Shown one piece after another: positions 7,955 through 17,902 of a stretch of DNA of 62,148 bases. Below the pieces are notes generated by a model that was not told the origin of the DNA, ran no database searches, and was given only the letters and a program-made list of their open reading frames with translations. This stretch comes from Deltaproteobacteria bacterium (GTDB lineage: Bacteria; Desulfobacterota; Desulfobacteria; Desulfobacterales; UBA11574). The translations under genes and the position numbers were made by a program. Numbering within the stretch: the first letter of the stretch is position 1; each line of letters starts with the position of its first letter. The stretch is from the NCBI GenBank assembly GCA_019308685.1, contig JAFDHQ010000024.1:1-62148 (forward strand), in the 5' to 3' direction.

Positions 7955-9841
7955 TTATTTCAGCGTGTTTTCAAGGTTTTTAGCTAGTGTTATAGACTGT
8001 TCAACCAGTGATGAAGCATCGCACATATCTGAGTTTCCGGCAAAGCGTCTGGCCTCGCATTGTTCAAAAAGGCTCTTCAGATTTCCAAGGGTTTCCGAAT
8101 CTACACCTTTGGCCGACAAGGAATCCTTGACGTCATTGAACGTAAGGGAGCCATGAGGGAACCGCAGTTTGTCGCCGAGATATTTTCTAAAGGCATTGAG
8201 AATGACTTCGTATGATTGTTGCTCGGATTCCCTGCGCTGGGCCTTTTGAATCGAAGCGATTAATCTGCCGTATGCTTTTCGGGCCCGGGATGCAAAAGGG
8301 TCGGCATTTTGTCTCCTTATAAAAAATAAACCCACCCACAATAGAAGGTATACGGTGGGGGGGATTACAATCATGCAAAACCACACCGGAGATTTCAGCC
8401 AGGAAACCGGCCCAAAACCATGATCTTCGATAACACTCATATCCTCATAGTTATAGGCAATTCCTTTGGTCCATGTTTCAATCTCGCTGCCGGATGAATT
8501 AGACACGGCTGCACCCTCTGCATCCAGCGCTGTAACCACTCTTGCAGCCTTGACCTGTATGGAAATGGGATCTGTCCGTGCGATTCGATATTCTTTTGTC
8601 CGTGTATCGAAATACGAAAGTTCAATCGATGGAATTTCTGTTATGTCGGGCTTGAGCGGTCGTATGGTTTGAGTAAATACTTTTATTTTTCCTGAAGTTT
8701 CACCCACGGCTCTTTCCCGGGGAATCTTGAAATTACGATTCAGTTCGGGTTGGCGGTCAAGCGGAGGCAGGTCCACCTGTTCAAGATAATCCGGACCGCT
8801 CAATGTTAAGGTTAAGGTGATCGGATCCCCAACACTCATTTGGGTCGGAGTTGCTTGGGCTTGGATTTTGTATTCCCCTACATGCCCTGCAAAGTTGGCC
8901 GGTTGTCCTTTGGCCGGTAGGTCATAAATCTTAAGATTAAGGGTGTTTGAAGGAACAATGACTTTTTGGTACACACCTTGTCTTCCCAGGCTGAAAAAAT
9001 CGTCATTGAAGAAATCGGAAAAAAAATCCTTGCCAAAAGGACGTTGCCGCATCTGTCGGTAACCGGTAAGCGCTTCGCAGAAAAGTGTCGCGGCTTTTAT
9101 GTTCACGAACCCTTCCTGTTTGGGTATGAGGACCTTTTTAAATGTTATGGTCGCAAAATCTCTGTCGCCCAGTCGACCCCTCCCTTTTTCACCAATGACT
9201 TCCCCGTCGCCAACAGGTATGTGATAGAACTTTTTGCCTGATTTGAAATCGACTTGGGGATCGAAAAAATAAAAGAGATTTTTTTGATCGAGTAACGGTA
9301 AGTTGATGCTGAACTTTCGTACGTCCTTTCCCAGATACCAGGTTACGGTAAGCGTCACAGGTTCACCAACATAACACTCTTGTTTCGATAAATATAGCCG
9401 TAGCTTGAAGTCGTCGGTTTCTGCGGGTTTTTGCACATGAATAACCACAGGGTTTGTCTGAGCGCTCTGCCCATTGGCATGAACGGTAACTGAAGGGAGT
9501 AAAAATTTTCCGGTTCGCTTGGGTACCAGCTGATAGGAAAAAATGTAACCTTGTTTAACATTTTGAGTCATACGGCCGTTTATAATGGTCACAGACCGAC
9601 TACTGTTTACCTGGCCGCTGTGATACTCGACAATAAAATCCGTAATTTCAGACAGATCCGGTTTTTCAGGATTCTCACTTCCCGACACCTGAATCTGGAA
9701 AATAAAGGGTTCCCCCACAAAGACAGAGCTGCGCTCGACAACTGCATCAGCACTCAAGGGTTTGGCCTGTGCGTTCAAACTAAGATAGGATGTTAAGACT
9801 ACTGTAATCACAAAAGCAAGTATGTGTTTCGGCCTTATCAT
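7955..9841 (-). CDS. batD: BatD-like oxygen-tolerance protein
   Basis: Large secreted or membrane protein at the BatD position. The ATG at 9841 gives the signal peptide MIRPKHILAFVITVVLTSYLSLNAQA and overlaps the upstream stop (TAATG). It has one late TM helix. Confidence 0.65.
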   Translation of the reverse strand: MIRPKHILAFVITVVLTSYLSLNAQAKPLSADAVVERSSVFVGEPFIFQIQVSGSENPEKPDLSEITDFIVEYHSGQVNSSRSVTIINGRMTQNVKQGYIFSYQLVPKRTGKFLLPSVTVHANGQSAQTNPVVIHVQKPAETDDFKLRLYLSKQECYVGEPVTLTVTWYLGKDVRKFSINLPLLDQKNLFYFFDPQVDFKSGKKFYHIPVGDGEVIGEKGRGRLGDRDFATITFKKVLIPKQEGFVNIKAATLFCEALTGYRQMRQRPFGKDFFSDFFNDDFFSLGRQGVYQKVIVPSNTLNLKIYDLPAKGQPANFAGHVGEYKIQAQATPTQMSVGDPITLTLTLSGPDYLEQVDLPPLDRQPELNRNFKIPRERAVGETSGKIKVFTQTIRPLKPDITEIPSIELSYFDTRTKEYRIARTDPISIQVKAARVVTALDAEGAAVSNSSGSEIETWTKGIAYNYEDMSVIEDHGFGPVSWLKSPVWFCMIVIPPTVYLLLWVGLFFIRRQNADPFASRARKAYGRLIASIQKAQRRESEQQSYEVILNAFRKYLGDKLRFPHGSLTFNDVKDSLSAKGVDSETLGNLKSLFEQCEARRFAGNSDMCDASSLVEQSITLAKNLENTLK

Positions 9842-10962
9842 TACCAATCCTTGTCAACCTCCCGGTAGCCGCCGGTTGAATAAATATTGCGGCGCTTTTT
9901 GTTTTCTTTTTCTTGATCCAGGATACTCCGCGCATCGTCAGCCAATTGATTCATTGGTGCTTTTTCCTTTTCGCTGTCCTTACTGTCCCGGGGCTGATTT
10001 TCCACGGATGCTTCATTTTTCTGCTGCTGTTTATCATCTTCTTGTTTTTGCATTTGAGATTGCGGGTTGGCCTGGTTACCAAGCGATGCCAGTGCGTTTT
10101 TAAGTTCTTCAAGTGATTTCTCTTGATGGATACTTGCCGGGTCTATTTGATCCTGCCCGAGCTTCTCTACGGCAGCTCCTTGCTGACCGGCTGACTTATC
10201 CAGATGCTCTTTTGCTTTTTGAACAGACTCTGACATATCTTGACCCGGCGGTATCATATTTTGTGAAAGCATCCGTGTTTCCTGTTGCAAATCTTTCTGC
10301 CCCTTAGCGAGGTCTTGAACCTTTTCATGCAAATTCTTTGCATTATCTTTCCGATGTTCTTCATCCGCCAATGTCTTATTCCGATCAAAAAGCTCTTGTT
10401 GTTTTTGGATTATATCTTGAATCTGCTCTGCCGCATCCTGCGTGGCCTTTTGCTGTTTTTTCTGTCTTTTTATTTCATCAAGGATTGATTTCATGGTCAT
10501 ACGAACCATTTCGATATTTTCTCCTGCCTCCTTGAACTCCGGTGATAATTCCAGAGCGTCCTGAAAATAGCGTATGCTTTGGCGGCATGTCTCAAGCGCT
10601 TTATTAAGGTCGCTGTTCTTCAGGCGCTCTGCCTCACGAAATGAGCAAACCCCTAGATTAAACTTACTGTATGTTTCCAGTTTAATGTCCTTGGTTTTTA
10701 TTGCAGCCTGCTTAAACGCTTCCGCCGCGCGGGTATATTCTTGTTTCTGATAAAGGACGGAACCTTTGTTAAAATAAATATGAGGGGACTCCGGAGCATG
10801 GACGGCAGCCGCTTCATATGCGTCAAGGGCCTCATCGTATTTACCGATTACGTAAGCGGTGTTCCCTTTTTTTACCAGATTTTGTGCTGAGCCGGCATAT
10901 GCCTGCAACGGCATCAATAATATTCCGATAATCATAATAAAAAAAGATATGGGCTTAAACAT
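9841..10962 (-). CDS. batC: BatC-like TPR protein with a long Q/K/E-rich low-complexity C-terminal half
   Basis: Signal peptide and TPR repeats (GNTAYVIGKYDEALDAYEAA...), followed by about 200 aa of charged coiled-coil-like sequence. Its ends overlap both neighbouring genes. Confidence 0.6.
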   Translation of the reverse strand: MFKPISFFIMIIGILLMPLQAYAGSAQNLVKKGNTAYVIGKYDEALDAYEAAAVHAPESPHIYFNKGSVLYQKQEYTRAAEAFKQAAIKTKDIKLETYSKFNLGVCSFREAERLKNSDLNKALETCRQSIRYFQDALELSPEFKEAGENIEMVRMTMKSILDEIKRQKKQQKATQDAAEQIQDIIQKQQELFDRNKTLADEEHRKDNAKNLHEKVQDLAKGQKDLQQETRMLSQNMIPPGQDMSESVQKAKEHLDKSAGQQGAAVEKLGQDQIDPASIHQEKSLEELKNALASLGNQANPQSQMQKQEDDKQQQKNEASVENQPRDSKDSEKEKAPMNQLADDARSILDQEKENKKRRNIYSTGGYREVDKDW

Positions 10963-11986
10963 GACTCTTTTGTTCCCGTTTTCGTTCAGTGATCAGAAGT
11001 TCGATACAAAGGAGAATAAATGCAACCCCTAAGAATATTTGAAATTTTTCTTCATAACGCGTTATAGTCTCGGATTCATGTTTCTTCTTTTCAGCACTTG
11101 CGATAAGATTGTCATAGACATTTCCAAGATCGATCATCCCTGTAGCCACGTTGAGGTATTTGCCGCCGGGTGTAGCGGTAACCATTTTTCGAAGCGTGTC
11201 TGCATCAAGTTTTGACCATACCTCCCGGCCGTTATATGTTAAAAAAATTTTTTGTCCGTTCTTATTGGTAATCGGTATCCGTTTGCCTTCTCCCTCATCT
11301 CCCAGACCAATGGCAATGATCCGAATACCTTTTTCACCCGCTTTTTTTGCCGCTTCCACAGGAAAACTGTCGTGATCTTCACCATCCGTGATCAGAATAA
11401 TATCCTTGAATTCCTTGATCTGATCATCAAACACATCGCTCGTCACTTTACGTATGGCATCTCCGATCATCGTGCCGCCCCGGCTAATACTTTCCGTTGA
11501 TATCTGGTTGATCATCATACGGAAAAAACCATAATCAAGGGTAAGGGGACACTTGACAGCGGCGGTCCCGGCAAATGCAACCAGTGCAATTCGATCCCCT
11601 TCAAGGCGTTCGATACAATCAAGAATGGCCAGCTTGGCACGTTCAAGACGGTTGGGCACAAGATCTTCTGCAAGCATACTTTTTGACACATCGAGCAAAA
11701 ATACAACATCCCTGCCACGACGCTCCATGGTTTCCGGTTGAAGATTCCATCCGGGCCGGGTCATGGATAAGATGATTAGAATCAACGCTATTATTAGTAC
11801 GACAGATTTTACTAGTCTCTTTGAAGCACTGACTGAGATATGTATTCTGTGAATAAGACCGGCATCAATAAACATCTCAAGAGCTTTTCTCCTTTTCTGC
11901 CGTCCATATATATATACGCCGATAAGCACAGGGATCAGCCATAGTAGGTATAGCATGCTTATATTTTGAAGTTTTATAGTGCTCAT
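10955..11986 (-). CDS. batB: VWA-domain protein BatB
   Basis: N-terminal TM helices and a von Willebrand A domain with the MIDAS motif DVSKSM (DxSxS), plus ILITDGEDH. Confidence 0.75.
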   Translation of the reverse strand: MSTIKLQNISMLYLLWLIPVLIGVYIYGRQKRRKALEMFIDAGLIHRIHISVSASKRLVKSVVLIIALILIILSMTRPGWNLQPETMERRGRDVVFLLDVSKSMLAEDLVPNRLERAKLAILDCIERLEGDRIALVAFAGTAAVKCPLTLDYGFFRMMINQISTESISRGGTMIGDAIRKVTSDVFDDQIKEFKDIILITDGEDHDSFPVEAAKKAGEKGIRIIAIGLGDEGEGKRIPITNKNGQKIFLTYNGREVWSKLDADTLRKMVTATPGGKYLNVATGMIDLGNVYDNLIASAEKKKHESETITRYEEKFQIFLGVAFILLCIELLITERKREQKSHV

Positions 11987-13041
11987 GGAATTTTTCTAAA
12001 TAGCGTAACGTTCAATATAATTTCACAGCCAATTAAAATGAGTCCTGCCAGTGCAAAAAAAAGAAAAGACTCTTTATAATCAATGAATCTAACCGATTGG
12101 ATTTCGCTTTTTTCCAGTTTGTCAATCTCTTGGTAAATCGTACGTAAAGCTTCTGCATTGTCTGCTTCACGGAAAAGCCCCCCTGTTTTTTCGGCAACAG
12201 CCTTTAATGTAGCGGTATCGACGGGTTGCCTCATGGGGACTTTGTATACGCCAAAAGCTGTCCTTATTGTCGTTACTGCATCACCGCTACCCATGGCAAT
12301 GGTGTATACCTTAATCTTCCACTTTTCAGCTAATTCCGCCGCTTGTATTGGATCACGTTTTCCACTGTTGTTTTCACCGTCAGACAACAAAATAATAATT
12401 TTGTTCTTGATTTTGTATAATCCCTCCTCGCCCTCTCTGTGTTGGGCCAAGGTTTCTTCAATCGTTTTCAAGCGGGCTGCGGCAAGGGCCAATGCATCTC
12501 CTATCGCGGTTCCGTCTTCTGCTCGTGTTTGTACAAGCTTCACACTGTCAAGAAAAGGAGGTAACGCTCTGTGCGCAAGGGTTAACGGACATATGGTATC
12601 GGGATACCGGGCAAAGGAGATCATGCCGATCAGATCATTTGGCCTTCCGGTTAGATCATTGCCGTCCCCCATAACAAACGCTTTAAAAATGTCTTTAACC
12701 ACCTCCAGCCGGTTCATTTTTCGCCCTTTATACTCCATTTCCGCCGCCATACTCCCGGACCGATCCAAGACCATTTCAATGGCAATTCCTTTACTGATAT
12801 CCCTTATCTGTTCACGCCCTGTCTGTGGTCTTGCCAGAGCAACCGTTAGTAATATTATCGTAAGCATACGAAGCAGTAAAGGTAACGCAGATAACCGTTG
12901 ACGAACCGAACGGCCCGCCTTTACCGCATGATGGATTGAGGAAAACCGGATGGAACCACTTTTTCCTGTCCGTTTGCGCAGCACCAGCAGCAGCGGTATT
13001 ACGGTTAAAAGCAAAAATGCCCAGGGCGATTCAAAATACAT
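11983..13041 (-). CDS. batA: VWA-domain protein BatA
   Basis: TM helices and a VWA domain with the MIDAS motif DRSGSM, plus ILLSDGENN. It overlaps batB by 4 nt. Confidence 0.75.
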   Translation of the reverse strand: MYFESPWAFLLLTVIPLLLVLRKRTGKSGSIRFSSIHHAVKAGRSVRQRLSALPLLLRMLTIILLTVALARPQTGREQIRDISKGIAIEMVLDRSGSMAAEMEYKGRKMNRLEVVKDIFKAFVMGDGNDLTGRPNDLIGMISFARYPDTICPLTLAHRALPPFLDSVKLVQTRAEDGTAIGDALALAAARLKTIEETLAQHREGEEGLYKIKNKIIILLSDGENNSGKRDPIQAAELAEKWKIKVYTIAMGSGDAVTTIRTAFGVYKVPMRQPVDTATLKAVAEKTGGLFREADNAEALRTIYQEIDKLEKSEIQSVRFIDYKESFLFFALAGLILIGCEIILNVTLFRKIP

Positions 13042-13042
13042 A

Positions 13043-14050
13043 TTAATTCTTTGGTTCTGTCTCTGAAATAAATTCTTTACAATTTTCTAATGTATTTGTG
13101 ATATCTTTATTCGCCGGCTGATGTTCGGCAAATTTAACAAGGTCACAATAGGTCAAAAAATTCTTAAGCAGTACATTATATTTGTCAGGAAAATTATGTT
13201 GAGTATCGAGTCCTTCAAGAAACTCCTCGGTGGTCTGTTCAGGCGCATTTATCCCGAAACGGCTTTCGATATACCGCCGGAGAATATCAGAAATTCTTTG
13301 ATAATAAAGTTTAATCTTACCTTTTTCAATCAAGCGTTCGGATAAAAGCTGTTCCAGCTCTTTAAACGCCAGTTCATGGGGCGGTATCATTTGCTCGGCA
13401 TATACCATTTCGGCTTGTCGGCGTTTTTTCAGGATACCAAAGGTTATCAGCCCAAAAATCGTTAGGACTGCGCCAATAATTCCTGACCCTATCCATAGGG
13501 TATAGGATGGCGGGAGTTCTACAGGGGACTTGATATCATGCAATCTCATCCCTTCCAGTTTGTCCGGAAAAAGGGATGTTACTTTGATCACAATTTTCGC
13601 AGTTTCAATCTCATGTTTATCCGACCCTTTTTCTTCCTTTTTCCAACACCTTATTTTCATTGGAGGAATGCTGTAATCACCCGAAAGAAAAGGTTCAAGA
13701 ACATAAGAACGGGTGATTTTTGTTTTGTTGTTTCCAGTCAATTCAGGACGGGTTGTGTGATAGTCTACTATTCCAAATTGTCCCAGCTTTTCTCCAAAAC
13801 CGGGCAATCCAACTTCGTAACCTTCATCCCATATGACTTGGATATGTAAATTTAAACGATCTGCTGTTGAAATCTCTTTTCTGTCTATATCGAAAATCAC
13901 GGTCAGGGGTCCGCGTTCATATTTCCTGTGAATTCCCATTTCATCCTTTTTTTCTGTCATGCCGGAATTTTCTTTTGTCTGACACGACAACAAAACAAGA
14001 ACGCACAACAAATAAAAAAGGAACGAATTTTCCCTGTGCCTATTTAACAT
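13043..14050 (-). CDS. lipoprotein or membrane protein of the Bat operon (BatD-like N-terminal part, one TM helix, DUF4381-like C-terminal part)
   Basis: Lipobox-like LLSC near the N-terminus and a central TM helix (LWIGSGIIGAVLTIFGLITFGIL). It lies between the DUF58 gene and batA, as in Bacteroides-type Bat operons. Confidence 0.5.
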   Translation of the reverse strand: MLNRHRENSFLFYLLCVLVLLSCQTKENSGMTEKKDEMGIHRKYERGPLTVIFDIDRKEISTADRLNLHIQVIWDEGYEVGLPGFGEKLGQFGIVDYHTTRPELTGNNKTKITRSYVLEPFLSGDYSIPPMKIRCWKKEEKGSDKHEIETAKIVIKVTSLFPDKLEGMRLHDIKSPVELPPSYTLWIGSGIIGAVLTIFGLITFGILKKRRQAEMVYAEQMIPPHELAFKELEQLLSERLIEKGKIKLYYQRISDILRRYIESRFGINAPEQTTEEFLEGLDTQHNFPDKYNVLLKNFLTYCDLVKFAEHQPANKDITNTLENCKEFISETEPKN

Positions 14051-14107
14051 TTTTGTTACTATCCCTGCTCAATGGATGAGATTATAAAAAGTCTAAAATA
14101 AATAGGG

Positions 14108-14133
14108 CTAAAAAACTCAGCAGCACCTGAGTT
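14108..14133 (-). terminator. possible intrinsic terminator or attenuator inside the Bat operon
   Basis: The minus strand reads aactcag-gtgctg-ctgagtt followed by tttt, about 20 nt after the DUF58 stop codon. The 7-bp stem is short. Confidence 0.4.
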
Positions 14134-14152
14134 AATCTAATATATGTTTTGC

Positions 14153-15034
14153 CTATCTGTGTGACCGTCTTTCTCGAGTTCTGAAAAACCTCACAAGGTC
14201 AAGTAAATAGTCCCTGTCTGTAAAAATTTCTATCTGGTCCACATCCATGGATCTGAAGAGCTCTCTTAGATATATCTGTCGCGATACCCCCAGTTTCTTA
14301 TAGGTTTTTCGAATGACTGCACTTCCCGTATCAATCAGAATTTGCTCACCGGTTTCCGCATCTTCAAGGTCCACCAGTCCGATGTTCGGCAATCTTATTT
14401 CTTTGGGATCTGCAATTGAAACAGCAATAAGATCATGCCGCTTACTCATCACTCGCATATTTCGCTCAAACCCTTCTCCTATAAAATCAGAGATGAGAAA
14501 GACAACACCCCGTTTGTTGAACACTCGTCCCAGATAGTCTATACCGGCGGTGATATTGGTTTGTGCCAACCGCGGCGTAAAATTGAGAAGTTCCCGTATA
14601 AGCCTTAAGACGTGGGTTGTACCTTTGGCCGGTGGAATGAACATTTCAACTTGATCGGTAAAGACAATCAAGCCGACTTTGTCGTTATTCTTTATAGCTG
14701 AAAATGCAAGCAGGGCGCACAATTCAGCGGCCACTTCATTTTTTAACTGACGTGTGCTCCCAAAAGAACCGGAAGCTGATAAATCCATAAGAAAAATAAC
14801 CGTCAGTTCGCGTTCCTCCACAAAACGTTTGATATACGGCTCTCCCATGCGAGCGGTCACATTCCAATCGATGGAGCGGACTTCATCGCCGATCTGATAT
14901 TCACGCACCTCATCAAATTCCATACCCCGGCCTTTGAAAACACTTTGGTATTCTCCTGCAAGGGAATCATTAACCGCCTTACTGGTGTAAAGCTGAATGT
15001 AGCGTATTTTTTTAGCCAGTTCTTTTGAAATCAT
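14153..15034 (-). CDS. DUF58 (VWA-like) protein, MoxR partner
   Basis: 293 aa with the typical DUF58 segment FKGRGMEFDEVREYQIGDEVRSIDWNVTAR. ATGA overlap with the moxR stop. Confidence 0.8.
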   Translation of the reverse strand: MISKELAKKIRYIQLYTSKAVNDSLAGEYQSVFKGRGMEFDEVREYQIGDEVRSIDWNVTARMGEPYIKRFVEERELTVIFLMDLSASGSFGSTRQLKNEVAAELCALLAFSAIKNNDKVGLIVFTDQVEMFIPPAKGTTHVLRLIRELLNFTPRLAQTNITAGIDYLGRVFNKRGVVFLISDFIGEGFERNMRVMSKRHDLIAVSIADPKEIRLPNIGLVDLEDAETGEQILIDTGSAVIRKTYKKLGVSRQIYLRELFRSMDVDQIEIFTDRDYLLDLVRFFRTRERRSHR

Positions 15035-16020
15035 GGGACTTCAACGGTTTGAAGAATTTTTTCTATGATATCTTCGGAAGTCTTTTCCTCAGCTTCTGCT
15101 TCATAGGTAACGATTACCCGATGCCGGAGCACATTCATGGCAACAGTTTTTACGTCCTGAGGGCTTACATAACCCCGACCTTCAATTATTGCATTTGCTT
15201 TAGACGCCATGGCCAGATAAATAGATGCTCTCGGAGAGGCTCCGTAACGGATTAACTGACTGATATCAAGCTCGTAACTATTGGGGTTGCGGGTCGCCTC
15301 CACGAGATTGACGATGTATTCTTCAATCTTAACATCCATATAAACTTCATCCGTGAGTTCGCGCAACCGTTTGACATCCTCGGGGGTAATAACAGGTTCC
15401 ACAGGGATTGATGGGTTGGAACGAGCCATTTTTTTTAGGATTTCATGTTCTTCGGTCTTTTTAGGATAGGTGATCTTAAGTTTTAGCATAAAGCGGTCAA
15501 CCTGTGCTTCAGGAAGAGGGTAGGTTCCTTCCTGTTCTATGGGGTTTTGTGTGGCCATAACCATAAAAGGATCATGCAACGGATAGCTTTCATCGCCGAT
15601 GGTAACCTGACGTTCTTGCATGGCTTCCAGCAGAGCACTTTGCACCTTGGCCGGTGCCCGGTTGATCTCGTCAGCCAGGATGATGTTGGCAAAAATGGGG
15701 CCTTTTTTTGTGGTAAATTCACCGGATTTCGGACTGTACATAAGGGTTCCGATAAGGTCAGCCGGCAGGAGATCCGGCGTAAACTGGATTCTGTTAAATG
15801 TCGCCTGAATCATTTTCGAGAGCGTTGTAACTGAAAGTGTTTTGGCCAGGCCGGGCACACCTTCGATAAGTACATGATTATTGCAAAGAAGGGCCATCAA
15901 AAGCCCGTCTATCAGTGATTCCTGTCCCACAATGACTTTATGAATTTCACTGCGTATTCGATGAATAATAAAACTCTCCTTTTCCACCCGTTTTTCTATT
16001 TGCTTAACATCCACAGCCAT
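15031..16020 (-). CDS. moxR: MoxR-family AAA+ ATPase
   Basis: Walker A GVPGLAKT, Walker B ILADEINRAPAK and MATQNPIEQEGTYPLPEAQVDRF, which is diagnostic of MoxR/RavA-type ATPases. Confidence 0.9.
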   Translation of the reverse strand: MAVDVKQIEKRVEKESFIIHRIRSEIHKVIVGQESLIDGLLMALLCNNHVLIEGVPGLAKTLSVTTLSKMIQATFNRIQFTPDLLPADLIGTLMYSPKSGEFTTKKGPIFANIILADEINRAPAKVQSALLEAMQERQVTIGDESYPLHDPFMVMATQNPIEQEGTYPLPEAQVDRFMLKLKITYPKKTEEHEILKKMARSNPSIPVEPVITPEDVKRLRELTDEVYMDVKIEEYIVNLVEATRNPNSYELDISQLIRYGASPRASIYLAMASKANAIIEGRGYVSPQDVKTVAMNVLRHRVIVTYEAEAEEKTSEDIIEKILQTVEVP

Positions 16021-16271
16021 ATTATTTCTCCTTACGCGCTTTAAAACAGGATCATCTATCCTATTGATGCTTAAGAATAATCAGACAAATCAGACGATAT
16101 TCCAAATAATTGTACAATTTTAACAGAAGGTTACCCTTTCTAAACACGGGGTTAATATAGACACTAATTCAAAAGTTTCAAGAGTTATGATATTTGATCT
16201 AAAAATCGATAATACATAACATTTGCCATCTCAATAAGAATGTATAATACGAAATGTGTCGGGTTAGCGCA

Positions 16272-17111
16272 TCAGCCGTCCGGGAACAAAATCTCAAACA
16301 CACTGCGCAGGTTGGCCCGGCGACTTTTGGGAGTAGTAAATTGGATTGCATCTTCTGATGGGTTGTCCTTTGTGCATTCCCGGATTATAGCTTCCATAGA
16401 TGCTTCGAAATTAAAAACCACCGCCCTGCCCCGGGATCGAATAATCGACAAAAGGGTTTCCCGGTCTTTTTGGCTGGAACATACATAGGTTACGGCTTGG
16501 GAGGGGATATTCAGATCCATGGCCAGTTCGGAAATCAAGCTTGCCTTTTGTAGGGGATTAGCGATTACCACGTTACAATGGCCTGTTGCCGCCAATTTAT
16601 CGTAAGCCCGGTGGTCTCTTGCCCGGTGGAAATACCGTTGGACCAGTGACATAAGCTTTTGTTCGGAAATAACGATTTCAGGTTTTTTTTTAAGTCCAAA
16701 CATAAGCGGGTTCGCCGCAACGGTCAGAAAGCGATCCGGGCCGTGGAGCTGGCGGACTGCCTCCGTGATAATGCTAAAACTGGAAGAAATCAATAAAACC
16801 GGTATGTTTTTCCGGTAAAGGGTTTTGATAAACGTATCAAAAGCGTTTACAAAACGCATCTTAAAAGTCGCGTATTCTATTACCCTGCGCAGTGAAAGAC
16901 CGCAAGCCAGTGTCGAATATTGAAAAAGGGCTTCTTCGGGTTTTGCATCTCCGGTGCTTTCTTTTTCATGCAGGTCAAGTGCCTGCTCATACCGTTCCGG
17001 TTCAAGGGGAAATCCCGCGCGGATCAGTTCGGACGGCGTGTGATCATGAACCACTACACCATCAAGCTCCAACACAACCAATTTTCTATCAATAGGTTGT
17101 GCGTATTTCAT
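16272..17111 (-). CDS. hypothetical protein with only a weak, degenerate HAD-like N-terminal motif
   Basis: A strong RBS (AAAGGAG) lies 8 nt upstream of the ATG at 17111 (MKYAQP...). LVVLELDGVVV resembles HAD motif I but lacks the second Asp, and the later motifs are also degenerate. Confidence 0.45.
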   Translation of the reverse strand: MKYAQPIDRKLVVLELDGVVVHDHTPSELIRAGFPLEPERYEQALDLHEKESTGDAKPEEALFQYSTLACGLSLRRVIEYATFKMRFVNAFDTFIKTLYRKNIPVLLISSSFSIITEAVRQLHGPDRFLTVAANPLMFGLKKKPEIVISEQKLMSLVQRYFHRARDHRAYDKLAATGHCNVVIANPLQKASLISELAMDLNIPSQAVTYVCSSQKDRETLLSIIRSRGRAVVFNFEASMEAIIRECTKDNPSEDAIQFTTPKSRRANLRSVFEILFPDG

Positions 17112-17260
17112 GATTGGCAAACTCCTTTCTGAAACCCGCAAAAATTAAACATCATTAAAAAATATTTCAATAAATGTATTCTCTTTTTGCCTTTTCAATC
17201 TTTGCCGTTCAGCCTCATTGCCTTGAAGTTTGTTTAATTCCGAATCTACCATCTCAGGCA

Positions 17261-17482
17261 CTATTTTTGTTGTCCTTCAAAAGTGTCATGGTGCAGTGTG
17301 TCAATAAAGCGATCAATATCATCGTAATCCGTTGAATACATACCATGGTGTTCCTGCGCATCTTCCAGATCAAACAGAAATTCTCGGGGTCGGGAATCGT
17401 ATCGCGACCATCCACAATATGAGCACTCCAAACGCCTTTTTGAAAGCAGATGTCCGCATTCCGGACAGCAATTTTCTGTCAT
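17261..17482 (-). CDS. small zinc-ribbon protein with an acidic tail
   Basis: 73 aa with two CxxC pairs (CPECG...CSYCG). GGAGG RBS upstream. Confidence 0.5.
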   Translation of the reverse strand: MTENCCPECGHLLSKRRLECSYCGWSRYDSRPREFLFDLEDAQEHHGMYSTDYDDIDRFIDTLHHDTFEGQQK

Positions 17483-17902
17483 TTTTCGGCCTCCTTGGTC
17501 ATGATAGATTGAACTATGAAAAGTACTCTACACCAACTTTGTAACAAAGGTCATGCTGTTGATTAAAAGTCTTATGGCACCAAATCACCTGTTTTTTTAG
17601 CCTTATAAAGATCGGATCACCGACCTCTAAAGGCTGGTTTGTTAGGAATATTAATCTTTTGTTATTGATGTTGCTGGCAACGGCATTTATTGTTTTAAAG
17701 TCATCATTATTAACGATGTTAATTGTGATTTATTTTCATACGTATGTTGCAAAATTTCACGATTCATTTATTCCGACACTATCCCAACCTTTGAGAATTA
17801 AGAGATAGGATTTCAGTAATATCACCTGATTTTGAGAGAGCCGGTCATAGGTCTAATTCAAAAAAGATGGTTGCCTTAAGGCCTGAGAATAGCTTATTAG
17901 CG

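Noticed and set aside
12158-12901. Long antisense ORFs inside well-supported genes: 12158..12901, 24705..25190, 31223..31741, 37857..38294, 50009..50488, 51072..51536, 28358..28783.
   Set aside because: They are shadow ORFs opposite strongly motif-supported genes (batA, rpsA, dnaE, hppA, ricT, holB, guaB). They have low-complexity Ser/Pro/Arg-rich translations, no RBS and no recognisable motifs.
17815-17845. TPP-riboswitch-like words (ACCUGAU ... UGAGAG) in the AT-rich island.
   Set aside because: The order of the two conserved boxes is reversed relative to the THI element, there are no supporting helices, and there is no thiamine-related downstream gene.
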